A stretch of DNA of 64,000 nucleotides. It comes from Heterodontus francisci (lineage: Eukaryota). Position 1 is the stretch's first letter. Each line of letters begins with the position of its first letter. The position numbers were made by a program, and so were the translations under genes. Of this stretch, positions 25,200 to 39,100 are shown piece after piece. The DNA lies in assembly GCF_036365525.1 (NCBI RefSeq), contig NC_090381.1, positions 51,985,401 through 52,049,400 on the forward strand, written 5' to 3'. The notes beneath the pieces were generated by a model. That model saw only the letters and a program-made list of their open reading frames with translations, did no database searches and had not been told where the DNA came from.

Positions 25200-25660
25200 A
25201 AGACCCTAGTTTCATAGTTATCTCAATCACTCTCAGACTCAATATAAAATTCTATCATATTATGATCACTAGAGGCTCCTTTACTACAAGGTTATTAATT
25301 AATCCTCTCTCTTTGCACAATGCAAGGCCTAAAACAGCCTGTTCCCAAATAAAAACAGAAAATCCTGGAAATACTCAGCAGGTCTGGCAGCAATTATGGA
25401 AAGAGAAAGAGAGTTAATCTTTCAGGTTGACGACCTTTTGTCAGAACCCGTTCCAGCATCCACAGTATTTTCCTTTTGTATTAGCCTGATCCCTCGTTGG
25501 TTACTTGACATACTGATCTAGAAAACTATCTTGTATACATTCCATGAACTCGTTCTTCACACTACTGCAAATTTGGTATTCCCAGTCCTCCATGATTACT
25601 GTATTACTCTTATTACATGCACTTCTAATTTCCTGATCTATACTCTACCCAACATTACAG
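25200..25660 (-). mobile_element. CR1 endonuclease fragment
   Basis: Minus strand SFLDQYV..LINNLVVKEPL.SDHNMIEFYI; similar to 36080-36160. Confidence 0.6.
25347..25482. mobile_element. Penelope-derived fold-back element (one arm largely deleted)
   Basis: Arm aaataaaaacagaaaatcctgg..ttgtcagaacc, then the oppositely oriented tail ttccagcatccacagtattttccttttgtatt. TSD AGCCTGTTCCC (25336-25346) / AGCCTGATCCC (25483-25493). Confidence 0.75.
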
Positions 25661-27394
25661 CTATTGTGAGGGAACCTATTAACTTCTCCCAAAAAGGGAC
25701 ACTTTTTGTGTGGGAAGGGGATAGTCAGAGTCAAGATGTGCAGAATAAATCAGAGTTCATAGTTTGAAGCAAAAAAAACACAGACTGAAAGTCCACAGAG
25801 GAGACCACAACTGAGTTAAAACAATCAAAACTAAAAAGCTTCTGATGGAGGTTGGCTTTCCAAAGAGAAATGTTGCTGTGGCAATTTCAAAGATAAGTAG
25901 CCATACAGATACATTTTTATCTTCTTTCTAATTGATTTTGTGCTCAGAGAGAAAGAAGTTACTGCAGAGTAATTGAATGCTTTCCATTTAAGGCACCGAA
26001 CATGAATATGAAGCATAGTTGCAGCTATAGGAATGCAAAGTAAAATTCCCTCTATTCTGCCAAGCAGTATTTCTCAGCCCATGAAAAATTCCGTTGTGTC
26101 ATTAGTGTATAAAGTTAAATAGAGCCAGAAGTAGCTGTACATAAATGTAAATACGAATATTATTGTGTACTGTATAAATGCACAGCTGTGACTGAGGAAA
26201 GCTTAAGATGGCTACCCTTTCTGGAATGCCTGCCTCTCAGAATGTGGCCTTACTCTTCTGCACGTAATTACTCTGGCAAGACTGTGGGGTAATTTTAAAC
26301 TTTCGTCTACATCGCATCAGCTGCCCAATATACATCTCTCTCAATTTTCATTTACATTGAAGTTGCATTTACAAGCACATTATTGATTGGTAGTTTCTGT
26401 ACCTGTTTGCTATGTGCTGATTGGTAGTATTTTTATCTTCTTACTATTTGTTCTTTAGTAAGTTCCCTACCTATTCAGTAGCGAGTTTTCTTAATGAATT
26501 TATTATTTGCGCCCATCGGAGAACTCAAGATGGATGTCCGGAAGGATGAAATTGCACTAAGTGTCAGCTTGTCTCAGTTGTTACACACCACCACCCCCCA
26601 CCTCAGAGTTGGAAGATTATGGGTTTAGGCCTTGAGCTAAGCCAATACTTCAAACACAAGTTGCGCTCTTGTATCCCAACATATAAGTTGTTGAAGCATT
26701 TTACAAAAAGAGGGCATTGATCGCAGCTTTTAAGGTTAAGGTGCAAGGTCATCACTTACTCTGAAAAAATCTCTTAACAAATATTCATGTCGGCATATAA
26801 TTAATAATTGCAGTTTTGCTATGTAGTTTCCAAAAGGTCAGTAAAAAAACTTGTGGTTGGTTACATATATTTGAATTACTTCACTAGCACAACTGAAAAG
26901 AATGCAAATGTACTCTGACACATCTATTACTTTATTGGCAAAAAAGCCCTTGGAGTTTAACTAAAACGGGTGAAATCTGGAGCATTTTCAGACAATGGAC
27001 TTGGCAGCACAATGTTTCAGCTCAGGGACCTCAATTGCAATTTACCTTGGATTGATAGGATAAAATTTCCTTTTCTGAATGTTGGCCGGATCTTGAGTAA
27101 ATGGAAACAACTTGATTGTTTTAACCCGGTTCCTTATGAAACATGTGCAAATAAAGATTGTAAAATTATCTGTCTGTTTTTGGTGTTTGGAAAATGAGAA
27201 GATCACACAACTGCAGCGATGAGGTTCTTTATTGAAGCTGGGGCGTGTTTGACGTGGAAAATATTCAACTTTTCTAATGCCGACATCCCTCATCTTGTTA
27301 AGCACATAAAAAAACAAAATTATTGTAAAATTAAAAACACATTTCTGTGACTGGGTTTATGTTCATGGTTTCATTGATATTATCAGTTACTTAG

Positions 27395-28010
27395 TAACAG
27401 ACCATTCGGCCCTACTGCTCTATGCTGATATTTATACTCTACACAAACCTCCTCCCACTCTAATTATCTCTTCTCACCCTGCCCCAGCATTCCTCTATTC
27501 CCTTCACCCTCATGTATGCATTAAGCCACCCTTAAATGCATCAATGCTATCTGCTTCGACTACTCCCTGTAACAGAATGTTCCCAGTTTCCACCACTCTC
27601 TGCATAAACAAATTCCTCTGAACATCTTTATCTGATCTGTCAGTGGCTATCTTATATTTATGTCCCTTGTTTTGGATTCACCCAGATGTTTTCCACATCT
27701 GCTTGATCAATAATGTTAAAGGTCTCCTCTTCATCTTCTCTTTTCCAGCAAAACAAAAGTCAGCCTGCTCAATCTTTTCTGATAATCGCAATCACTCAAT
27801 TCTGCTAACATCCTTGTAAATATTTCCCGTACTTTCTCCAGTACTTCAATTTTTTTTTTGTAGAATGGACAGCAGACTGCCCAGGGTACTCTAAGTGTGG
27901 CTGAATCGAGTTTCTATTATAAATTTAGCATTATCTCCCTGTTGCTGTGTTCTACTCTGCTAAAAATGAATCCCAGTACTTTGCTCCTTTTAGCTTTCTT
28001 ACAGTCACAT
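27395..28010 (-). mobile_element. Old CR1 3' fragment
   Basis: gaccattcggccc tail, ccaccactctc, ctctaagtgtggct motifs like other CR1 3' ends here; heavily decayed. Confidence 0.55.
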
Positions 28011-29636
28011 GTTAACCAAAAAATTAGTATAATAAGCACTTTGGAGCTAAAATCAGGTTTAAAGTGCACTAGCATATTATTAGTAACACTTAAGCACACT
28101 GATTTAATTGCTGTGGGGATGTAACAAGAGTGCCAGCAAATTTCAAAGCAAGTAGATTGAACTCATTAAAATTTAAAACCAAATAAGATTCTTTTGTAAA
28201 CTATAATATAGAATTATATATTTTGTATTCTTTGTAAATAATTAATTTCAATTAATATTCCATATACAGCTTCTAAATAATTACCATTTTCACCACACAC
28301 TTCTTCCTATTTGTAAAATGGTAATATTGATGTTTCTCGTTTGTGGGTGACATTTAACTTGGAGGAGAGCCATAATAGCTTAATAGCAGTTCCTGATTTC
28401 AAAAACGGAAGTCCATTCTCAAGGAATATAGTAACTGAAGTCAGGGGAGAGTCAATTTTACTCATTGTGCAGTGGCTATGAGGGGGGGGGGCCTGTGCAC
28501 AGGAAATTAATTTTTAGCCCACCATTAGTGATGGCATGAGAAAAACCAATCACTTGGGCTCTAGGAAGGCTGCTTGAACTTTATCTAATATTACAAAAAG
28601 CTTTCATACTTATTATGGTACATCAACATTTCAAGGTCAAAATATTACTTTTGTTAAGTTGCTTCCAAAAACTAAAAGGTAGCATCCTTGCTATCATCTC
28701 AAACTCTTCCATGGGGGTACTTTGAAATTATGTCAGTTTCAACAGATGATTTTGAAATGATATCATGATTTGATATCTGTAGCATAACTGCTGGTCCAAA
28801 CTACTTTAGGAAAATTCAACATTTTGCAGAAATTATATGCATTTGTAACAGCTTATCGAAACTAAGTGAGTTATTAATCTTGTTTATACATGGATATACG
28901 TATGTTCCAATGCAGCAGAAGTGCAAATGGAGAGATCCATGAGCTCCATCTCTCTAAATGTGACTCCCTAACTCCTTAGCACCGCTCTCACTCCATATGT
29001 ATTTCCCCATTCCTCTTTCTCCCCTACAATCGCCCTGTGCCACATTTCTTCATGAAGTATACTTTAATTAAGTGTTTTCCTCCCCCCTTGCCTTGCTTGC
29101 CCAACTTTGTGTCTTCCTGGTGGACTTAAACTAGTTAATCTCAGAGAAGAGACAAATCTTAAAGCACTTTGGACAGAGGCTAAGAATTAAGTATCATGAA
29201 AAGAAAATGAAATCTTGGGAAGTCATGGAGAGACAATTCATTAGAGCAGGTAAGAGAGGCTAAGGAGAAAGACAGTGAAAGAAAGAGTCAGTAAGAAGTA
29301 GTGTTATCAGTCACTCCCATAAATGGAATAAACATCTTACTTTCATGGGAGTTGACTCCCATTCCCTTATATCTACTTATAAGGAGCATTAATCAAGGTT
29401 GTATCTCAGTATCCTCTTGTGATCTACATTGGATATTCATGCTTTTCACACATGTACTTCTTCAATCTCTCTGAAGTGGGCCATGCAAACACCAGGTCAA
29501 ATGAAGCCAAATATGAACTGTTGTGCTCCTTTATTTCACAGTAAGGGAACATAAAGAGCAAGTTAGAGCAAAATTGATTTAGTTCAATTGGTACAACTTG
29601 TTTTCAATTAATAGTACATAATAATATATATGCTAT

Positions 29637-29989
29637 GCGGCACAGTGGCGCAGTGGTTAGCACCGCAGCCTCACAGCTCCAGCGACCCGGGTTCAATCCC
29701 TGGTACTGCCTGTGTGGAGTTTGCAAGTTCTCCCTGTGTCTGCGTGGGTTTCCTCCGGGTGCTCCGGTTTCCTCCCACATGCCAAAGACTTGCATGTTGA
29801 TAGGTAAATTGGCCATTAGAAATTGCCCCTAGTATAGGTAGGTGGTAGGGAAAATATAGGGACAGGTGGGGATGTGGTAGGAATATGGGATTAGTGTAGG
29901 ATTAGTATAAATGGGTGGTTGATGGTCGGCACAGACTCGGTGGGCCGAAGGGCCTGTTTCAGTGCTGTATCTCTAAACTAAACTAAACT
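29637..29989 (+). mobile_element. tRNA-derived V-SINE (HE1-like), full length
   Basis: A box TGGCGCAGTGG (29646-29656), B box GGTTCAATCCC (29690-29700), V-domain, CR1-like tail ending (ctaaa)n. Confidence 0.88.
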
Positions 29990-31169
29990 TCCCCCCTCAT
30001 CAACAGGTTGCCTGGGTTGACTTAAACAAAATAGTTTGACTGCATTCTCTTCCCTTCCCCATTCTAACCCTCATGCAGGTTTTGTTTCCTGACTGCTTCA
30101 CAGCTTTCTGTTACTCTGTGTTTTATCTCTCACTGCTCACAACCAGAAAGAGATCTGCCAGAACACCTGCTTAACACACAAGATCAACAACTACCCAAAA
30201 TAGTGACTGTGAAGTGTTTGTCAATTACCAAGACAAGTTCACAAACTGCTGAGTTACAGGCAATGATATTTACAGTAAGGTGCGGAGGAAGTTTGGCGGG
30301 TAGGGGGAACCTAGAAATTCTGGGAATACAGAAATGCTGCCAAATTTAACGGCAGGACCTCACGATAATTTTTTTTTTAACTCCATTTCCTGCCCTGCAG
30401 CGGCCAGTTTGACAGACTGGGGCTGGGGGGGGGGGGGGCGGAGAAGAGGGGGCTCAGATCAGAAATCGGGGGGGGTAGGGCAGAAGAGGAGGCTGGGAGA
30501 GATCGTGAGGTTGGTCGGTCTGGCTGCAAAACCCTCCCTTTAGCTGCCAGGTTTCCTGAACCCCAGGGAAATCCATTAAATTCAAATTGCTGCCAAAATA
30601 TCAAAGATGGAGCTTCATTTACAAATTATAATTATGTACCTGCCTCTCCAGAGCACACTACTGTGACACCCTGAAACTCACTGTATTTAAAATGGAAGCA
30701 GACATGTTCGTGCCAGGCTTCATGAATTTGACAATTTCACCTGCAGCTCCCACTCCCAGACCCTCTCCCAATTGTTGTGGGGGTTTAAAATTCACCACAC
30801 AGTCTCTGCGGAAGCAATACCAATGCTTGCAGTTAATAGGATCTTAACTTCCTATCATCTCAAACTTTTTGAGCTTGCTTAAACACACTGTGCTTTGCTC
30901 CAAAATATTTCTCTGGGAAAATAGTCAAAAGATCCTGAAATAGGGCAAAAATTGAAGATAGAAATTAGGAAGGCCAAAAGGAAATATGTGGTCCACATAA
31001 AAGGAAAAGCAAGGGCTTTTATAAGCTTATAAGTAAAAGGATAGTCAAGGCGAAGGAGTGAATGGAATCATTTAAAGATGGGTTTTGTTTTATTTAACAC
31101 GAGAGAGTGTTAAAGATGATAATTCTTTCTGATCAGATCTCAGAGAAAGATGAAAACAGGAACCTGAAC

Positions 31170-31562
31170 AGGATGTGGAAGATTAGGTTCCAATGCATCT
31201 CCAGGATTTAAGCACATAATCTAGTCTGCCACTTCAGTGCGGGGGTGAGGTTCTCTTTCAGATGTGATGTATACCAAGGCCTATATCTGCCTGCTTGGGT
31301 AGACATTAAGGATTACATTGCACTTTTTGAAGTTCCCTGGTGTCTTGACTGAAATTTGTCCCTCACACAATGCCAATGAAACCAGATTAACTGGCAGTTT
31401 TCCTGGTTTGCTGTTTGTGGGATTTTATTGTTACAGATTTCTGGCCATGTTTGCCTAAATAATAACAATGATTAAGAACATCAATTCACTGGTTGTGATG
31501 CATTTTGGGACATCCAGGGGGCAGGAAACATGCTATATAAATGCAAATTTTCTTTCTTTCTT
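31170..31562 (+). mobile_element. Deu-domain SINE (SacSINE1/AmnSINE1-like), decayed
   Basis: ctttcagatgtgatgtataccaaggcc Deu-like core; L2-like tail tgctatataaatgcaaattttctttc; related to 56656-56912 and 59020-59245. Confidence 0.65.
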
Positions 31563-33062
31563 ACTTCAAGAGGGCATTGTGTAAAAAATGGTAATGGGGT
31601 CAAAGGTAGAAAAAAGTTACCAGATGTGGACTGTGTGCATCCCAGATACTAAAGCAGTTTTAAATTAGGCCTCCCCCTGCCCAGAGTAGGAGCCTCGGCC
31701 AACTTCGAAGTTGATGAAGCCGGCAGGTCACTAGGCCTCAAGCCAGTAAGTGGACTTGGATGAGTTTAACTCCTGCCAAGCATCAATCCCGGATGGGCGG
31801 AGGGGGTTAGAAATCAGCCCCAAGGAGGCAATAGAAAAGCAAAGTAAGAAGTTAAGAGAAATTTTCACATGGAAGATTTTTAAGAACATAGAATGGTTAA
31901 TCACAATTAGCTATTCTCCAACTATTACACTGTTTAAACCAGAATTGGCTAAGCATTTGGAAAAAAGAATGTAAAAAGTATGGGGAAACGGCAAGGAAAT
32001 GAGATTACAGCAGACAAGTCCAGTCAAATAGCAAGCACTGGCACAGGCAAACGGGCCACATAACATCCTTCTGTGTTGTATGTACAGTGATTTGCATCTG
32101 CTGTTTTATTTTTCCCTCCCATAGCCAAAGTCTTCCCATCAGCCTCTTCTGCTGCACCTGCCTAATTCTTTATCCTGCCACCTTTTTGTACAAATGTAAA
32201 ACATAAGTGTCGCCAACTGTTACAATTTGTCACTCAGCCAATAGCACTCTTTGACCACCTACTATGCAAGCCCCATGTTGACTGGTGCCAGTCATATCAC
32301 AGGAGTAGATTTTGAGTTGGCATTACCCAAACAGTGGCTGCCAGTACATGGCTAGGATCAGCTGTACAGGGATGATAATCTGATAGCAAAGTATGTCTGC
32401 AGCTGGAGTCTTGCATGTTTTATGCACCTCAGGGGTGAAAGCAGAATGCAAGTAGCTACACATCAAAGGATACAATGATATATAAGAACTGGAAGTCATA
32501 CAAGCCCATTCCAGTCCACTTGAACCATTCAATTGCTGCCCTAGGTAGGTGTTATAATATCGGTATTGCCAGCAGAGTGGGGTCCACAGAAATATTGTAC
32601 ACATTGGGAGAATAGCATTTCACTGTAGTTCTATGTTATGTCCCTCAGGCTTACTTCCAGCTCCACTGTTAGCTATCTTCCACCATTCACAAAACCTCAA
32701 CTTGGTAAACTCATCCAACTCTATATCCCATCCCATCCCCCCAACTCAAGTCTCCTGTGCATCCCCTTTTCCATAATCAGAGGCATAGCCTTCAACTATC
32801 ACAGCCCTGCTCTTTATAGCTCCATCCTGTAACCCCGTGGCATTGCTATTTCTCGGTCCTCCTTTAAAAGCTTCTTGAAAACCCCTCTTTTGAACCATAC
32901 TCTTGCTGATTTTTACAACTGTTTCTCCACTGTTTGGTTTCCAATGCTAGTCTGTGAAGTGCTTTGCACTGCTGATGTGATTTTTGACATACATACCCCA
33001 AACAAGATGAATGGTAATTTAGTTTTCCTGGACAGTATTCTCATTGATCTTGATGTTGTGTC

Positions 33063-36000
33063 ATAGGAACATAGAAGCAGCAGTAGACCATTCAGCCCAT
33101 CGAGCCTGCCCCGCCATTCAATACGATCATGGCTGATCTTCCACTTCAATGCCTTTTTCCCACACTATCCTCATATCCGCTTATGTCATTTGTATTTAGA
33201 AATATGTTGATTTCTGCTTTAAACATACTCAATGACTGAGCTTCCACAGCCCTCTGGGGTAATGAATTCCAAAGATTCAAAACCCTTGGAGGAAAGAAAT
33301 TTCTCCTCACCTCTGTCCTAAGTGGCTTCCCCCTTATTTTGAAATTGTGTCCCCTAGTTCTAGACACCCCAACCAGGGGGAAACATCCTAGCTGCATCAA
33401 CCCTGTCTATCCCTTCAAGTATTTTGTAGGTTTCAATGAGATCACCTCGGAACTCTAGAGAGTACAGGCCCAGTTTCCCCAATCTCTCTTCATAGGCAGT
33501 CCCGCCAACCCTGGAACAAGTCTGCTGAACCGTCGTTGCACTCCCTATATGGCAATAATATCCTTCCTAAGGTAAGGGGGCCAAAACTGCACACAGTACT
33601 CCACGTGCAGTCTAACCAAGGTTCTATACAACTGAAGCAAGACTTCACTACTCCAGTACTCAAATCCTCTTCTGATAAAGGCTAACATACCTTTAGCCTT
33701 CTTAATTGATTGCTGCACCTGCTTGTTAGCTTTCAGTGACTTATTGACAAGGACACTCAGGTCCCTTTGTACATGTATATTTTCTAAACTCTTATCATTT
33801 AAGAAATACTCTGCACATCTGCTCCTCCTATCAAAGTGGATAGCCTCACATTTTTCCATATTATTTTCCATCTGCCACATTCTTGCCCACTAAGTCTGTC
33901 CAAATCCCCTTGAAGCCACTTTGCATCTTCCTCACAACACACATTCCCACCTAGTTTTGTGTCATCCGTGAACTTGGAAATAATACATTTGGTCCCCACA
34001 TCCAAATCATTGATATAGAAACATAGAAACATTGAAAATTGGAGCAGGAGTAGGCCATTTGGCCTTTTGAGTCTGCTCCGCCTTTCATTATGATCATGGC
34101 TGATCATCCAACTCAGTGGCCTGTTCCGGCTTTCGCCCCATACCCTTTGATCCCTTTAGACCCAAGAGCTATATCTAACTCCTTTTTGAAAACATTCAAT
34201 GTTTTGGCCTCAACTGCTTTCTGTGGTAGTGAATTCCACAGGCTCACCACTCTCTGGGTGAAGAAATTTCTCCTCATCTCAGTCCTGAAAGGTTTACCCC
34301 GTATCCTTAGACTACGACCCCTGGTTCTGGACTTCCCCACCATCGGGAACATCCTTCCTGCATCTACTCTGTCAAGTCCTGTTCGAATTTTATAGGTTTC
34401 TATGAGATCCCCCCTCACTCTTCTGAACTCTAGCGAATATAATCCTAACCGACTCAATCTCTCCTCATAAGTCAGTCCACCATCCCAGGAATCAGTGTGG
34501 TAAACCTTCGCTGCACTCCCTCTATAGCAAGAACATCATTCCTCAGATAAGGAGACCGAAACTGCACACAATATTCCAGGTGTGGCCTTACCAAGGCCCT
34601 GTATAATTGCAGCAAGACATCTCTGCTCCTGTACTCGAATCCTCTCGCTATGAAGGCCAACATACCATTTGCCTTTTTTACCGCCTGTTGCACCTGCATG
34701 CTTACCTTCAGCAACTGATGTACGAGAACACACAGGTCTCGCTGCATATTCCCCTCTCTCAGTTTATAGCCATTCAGATAATAATCTGAATGATCTGAAT
34801 AATATATCTTGTGAACAGCTGGGGACCAAGCAGTGATCCCTGCAGTATCCCACTAATCACAGCCTGCCAAAGTGAGAATGATACATTTATTCCTACTCTC
34901 TGCTTTCTGCCTGTTAACCAATCCTTAATCCATGCCAGTATATTACCTCCTACCCTATGTGCTTTAATTTTGCTAACCAACCTCCTTTGGGGAACTTTGT
35001 CAAAAGCCTTCTGAAAATCCACGTATACCACGTTTACCAACTCCCCTTTATTAATTCTGTTAGTAACATCGTCAAAAAACTCCAACAGTTTCGTCAAACA
35101 TGATTTCCCATTCATAAATCCATGTTGACTATACCCAATCAGATCATTATTATCCAAGTGTCCATCTATCACATCCTTTAGAATAGATTCTAGCATTTTC
35201 ACAACGACTGATGTAATGCTAACAGGTCTGTAATTCCCTGTTTTCTCTCTCCCTCCCTTCTTAAATAGTGGGGTGACATTTGCGATCTTCCAATCTGCAG
35301 GAACCACTCCAGAATCTACAGAATTTTGGAAGATGATCACCAATGCATCCACTATCTCCATAGCTACCTCTTTCAACGCTTTGGGATGTAGAATATCAGG
35401 TCCTGGGGATTTATCAACCTTCAGCCCCATTAATTTCTCCAATACCACCTTCTTACTAATACTAATTTCCTTCAATTCCTCATTCCCCCGAATCCCTTGG
35501 ATATCTAATTCTGGGATATTTCTTATACCTTCCTCAGTGAAGACAGACACAAAGTATTCATTTACTTTCTCTGCCATTTCTCTATTCCCCATTATAAATT
35601 CTCCTGACTCTGCCTGTAATGGACCCACATTTGTCTTAGCCAAACGTTTCCTTTTTACGTACCTCTAGAAGCTTTTACAGTCCGTTTTTATATTTTTTGG
35701 TAGCTTACGTTCATATTCTATTCTCCCTTTCTTTATCAGTTTCTTCGTCCTCCTTTGCTGTATTCTAAAATCCTCCTAATCCTCAGGTTTACTACCATTT
35801 CTGGTAACTTTATAGGCCTTTTCTTTTAACCTAATATAATACTTAACTTACTTTGTTATCTACGATTGACTGCCTTTACTTTTGGGTTTTTTGTGCTTTG
35901 AAGGACTGTATAGTTGCTGTAAACTATGTAATATTTCTTTAAAGACTATCCATTGCCTATGCACTGTCAAACTTTTTAATGTATTTTCCCAATCCACCTC

Positions 36001-36160
36001 AGCCAATTTGTCCCTCATACCTTCATAATTTCCTTTGTTCAAATTTAACACCCTAGCTTCAGATTGAACTACCTCACTTTCAAGCCTAATGTAAAATTCT
36101 ATCATATTATGGTCACTCATCCCAAAAGGTACTTTTACAAGATTATTAATTAGCCCAAAT
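33063..36160 (-). mobile_element. CR1 LINE (EN end through RT to 3' tail), with a younger CR1 3' end nested at ~34016-34790
   Basis: ORFs 35860..36165 (GMSDHNMIEF), 34774..35643 (RT N-half), 33545..33880, 33146..33400. Host sequence resumes across the insert (ccaaatcattgatata..tatcttgtgaacagctgg). Confidence 0.9.
34016..34790 (-). mobile_element. Nested 5'-truncated CR1 copy
   Basis: Own tail (tagaaacatagaaacat..ggagcaggagtaggcc); ORFs 34472..34747 and 34113..34457 repeat the C-terminal region. Confidence 0.85.
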
Positions 36161-39100
36161 CTCAAAAAGGTTCACTAACTTGTTTATGTGTCCAAACTGT
36201 TTATCATTTTTGTTTCCTCACCAATTTCTGCTATTTTTTTTTCTCTTTCCACTTTTCCTGAAGAACAATTTTCCTGAAGGACTCCTGCCTGAGATACAGT
36301 TCCACTGATTCCTTCCAGAATAGCCATTATTCATGTGTAATTCTTGCCAATGATTGTTCGCAGGTTAACCTACCATTGGGCATCACAGGCCAACCCCAAA
36401 CCTGTCTTTATATAGAATGATTAGGAGTGGAAGCCCTGACCAACTTCCCACCTACTCCAATCCAGAAGTGCAGAGTCTAATTGTAGCCCCTATACCATAA
36501 TCCCAGCTGAAGTCTATTAACTCACCAGAGACCAAGGATCAAATCTAAAATCTTCTTGGTCTAAATGACTTTGCTATTCACTGAATAAACTTCCTAAATC
36601 ATTGAGGAACCTCATTTTCAAAAAAAGTTAACAAAGATGAAGGGAATTATTTTATTGTCTATTCAAATAGAAAGGAATTACTTCAGAGTTCGACTTCAGA
36701 GATTTGATCTTGCATCTATTATGGATATAGCTGTGTCAATTAACTTGGCAATCAAATATACCAGCAACTTTTAACTCAGAAGTTATAAAATCAGAAAAAT
36801 GCTACAACACCCTTAAGAATGATGTGCAATAATGCATTACACAAATTAACTTCAGTTCATTAACATATCTTAGTTAACAACACATCAGTCAATTAGTTGA
36901 GAATCTAAAAACTAACATATCTCTTGCACAGTTGTTTGTTGCATTCGTATTATCTCAGTCTACTGTAGAAGAGAATCAGAATCACATAACCAGATTTGTG
37001 TACGACTCCTACATACATATCCATGCTGGTTTCCATGACAATTTGATTACCAGATTTTTTTAAAAATTGGCTCATTAACATTGGAAATCAATAATTTTTA
37101 AAATGAGTCATTTGGCAGAGTTCTACCTCGAGGCATCACTTAAAAATACTGCAGTGTTTTTCATTCCATTCTAAGCTTGTCTGTCTTGGTAAAAGAGAAC
37201 AATCCCATGGCAAGAATTTGACAGAATAGGAGTAAACAAATATCCTTGTTCTGACATGGTGAACAGTAAATATCCCACAGCATTTATCAGAAAAGTAAAA
37301 CTAGCAACGTTACGGTTCAGACCATCATGCCAATGAATTCCAATTATAGCCACACCTCATACAAGACTAAATTAATGTATTTTTTAGAAATACTGCTAAT
37401 TTAACTATTTCTCTATTTAAAATATTGTTAGAGAACAATCTCACATTATAAATTATTAAACATTCCTGAATGCACAAATTAACATAGAAAACCAACATTT
37501 ATAACCTAACATATGAATTTTGTAGCCCTGGCAACTCCTTAGCAGTTAATAGCAATCACACTTATTGGAACTCTGATTTTACAGATATATTGGCAGCAAG
37601 AAAATATTCAATGCTGTCACTATTAACTATAGCTCAGTATAATGAATAAACTTACAAATACAGGAAACAGCATAAATTAAACACTTGAAATAAAAATGGT
37701 TGACATCTCCCATCTGCATGCAAGCATGAACAATGTCTGCAAAGTACTAGAAAATGACCACCACCCATGGAGCTGTAGCTTAACATGACTCATCATGTTC
37801 AGGATAAGACAGAATGCAAAATCAAAGAGAAAAAGTGCAGAACAAATTACAAAAGAGGCAGTGGGGTTCTTCTGTTTATATTACATACTATTGGTGCTTT
37901 TACATCAGAGACAGAGAGAGAGAGAGACAGAGAGAGAATAAAGTTGGTATTTCTTACCATTTTTGCCTCCAAAAAGGTGAACATGGGAGTATCTTTTTTG
38001 ATTTGCTCCTCATGTTTACTTTTTCCTCAAAGTAATGATAGGCAGCTGTTACCCCTTTCAGTAAGGAAGTACCTGACCCATGTTTCAGTACCGGCCTACT
38101 CAAAATAGCGACCCTTGTGAACCAGAGTCAATGAAATATTTTGCCAGAGTGAGAAAGCAGAGACACTGATTAGTTGCAGATTGTTCCAGCAAAGAGTCAA
38201 TACAGGTATGATGGGTTGAATGGTCTCCTTCTGTCCTGTTATACTTGTATATTTCCAAGAAAACATAATCAAAGCCCAAATTGTATGTTATTGTGGGTGA
38301 GACATTTTTCAATAATCTTTACTTTGCCAGATTCTTTATTGATCTATGTACTGAAAATACCTAATTATGTTTCCACCTATGTGATAAGATCAACAAAGTA
38401 TTCTCCTGTTGAATTGGCTACTTATAATAAAATCTTATCTTTAAGATGGTTCATGTATTGGTAATGTACCTGCTACTTGCTCCAAATATTTTTTCTTGTC
38501 AATAGCAATTTCTGTTCCTTTGCAAGATAAATTGAAAAGACGTGTTTAAAATTCTGCAGTGATGCAGGCTTCCTTCACACAATTACTTTCTCTTGCAGAT
38601 GTTGTTACACGAGCTGTAACAGTTTACATCATGAATTGTCAAACCTCATGAACTTTAAAAATACATTTTCTGATGGGAAATATATATTAAAATTAGAAAA
38701 ATGTTTACAATTCACAGACAAGCTTAAAATCAGAGAACTAGGAGCAAAGATTTGAAAAAGAAAACAGCTTTCCATCTGTTTTGGAGCAGAATAGATGGTA
38801 CTTTTCTGGATACAAACTGAGTGTTTTATATTTCTGTCACTTTTGCATTGCTCCACACATTATTTATAGAACAAGTAAAATTATAGACATCTTGTTCAAT
38901 CTTATGTTGTAGAATGTGCTGTAATATAAAGGAGGTAGTGCCAGTGTTTCTTGAGTCATGACCAGTGCAGGAGAACTGCATGAGCCAACCTATGGCCTGT
39001 CCAAGTAGATTGCTAATTTAGTGACAATTAATATGAAGTTCTAAGTTAATACCAAACTATGTACACTTTTGTGGTGTGGTTCATGCACACTAGGAATTGG

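Noticed and set aside
29641-29710. tRNA gene
   Set aside because: The A/B boxes are the head of a V-SINE and run directly into the V-domain and LINE tail.
37908-37937. (GA)n tracts (also ~17463, ~58566) and poly-G/C runs
   Set aside because: Ordinary microsatellites and homopolymers.
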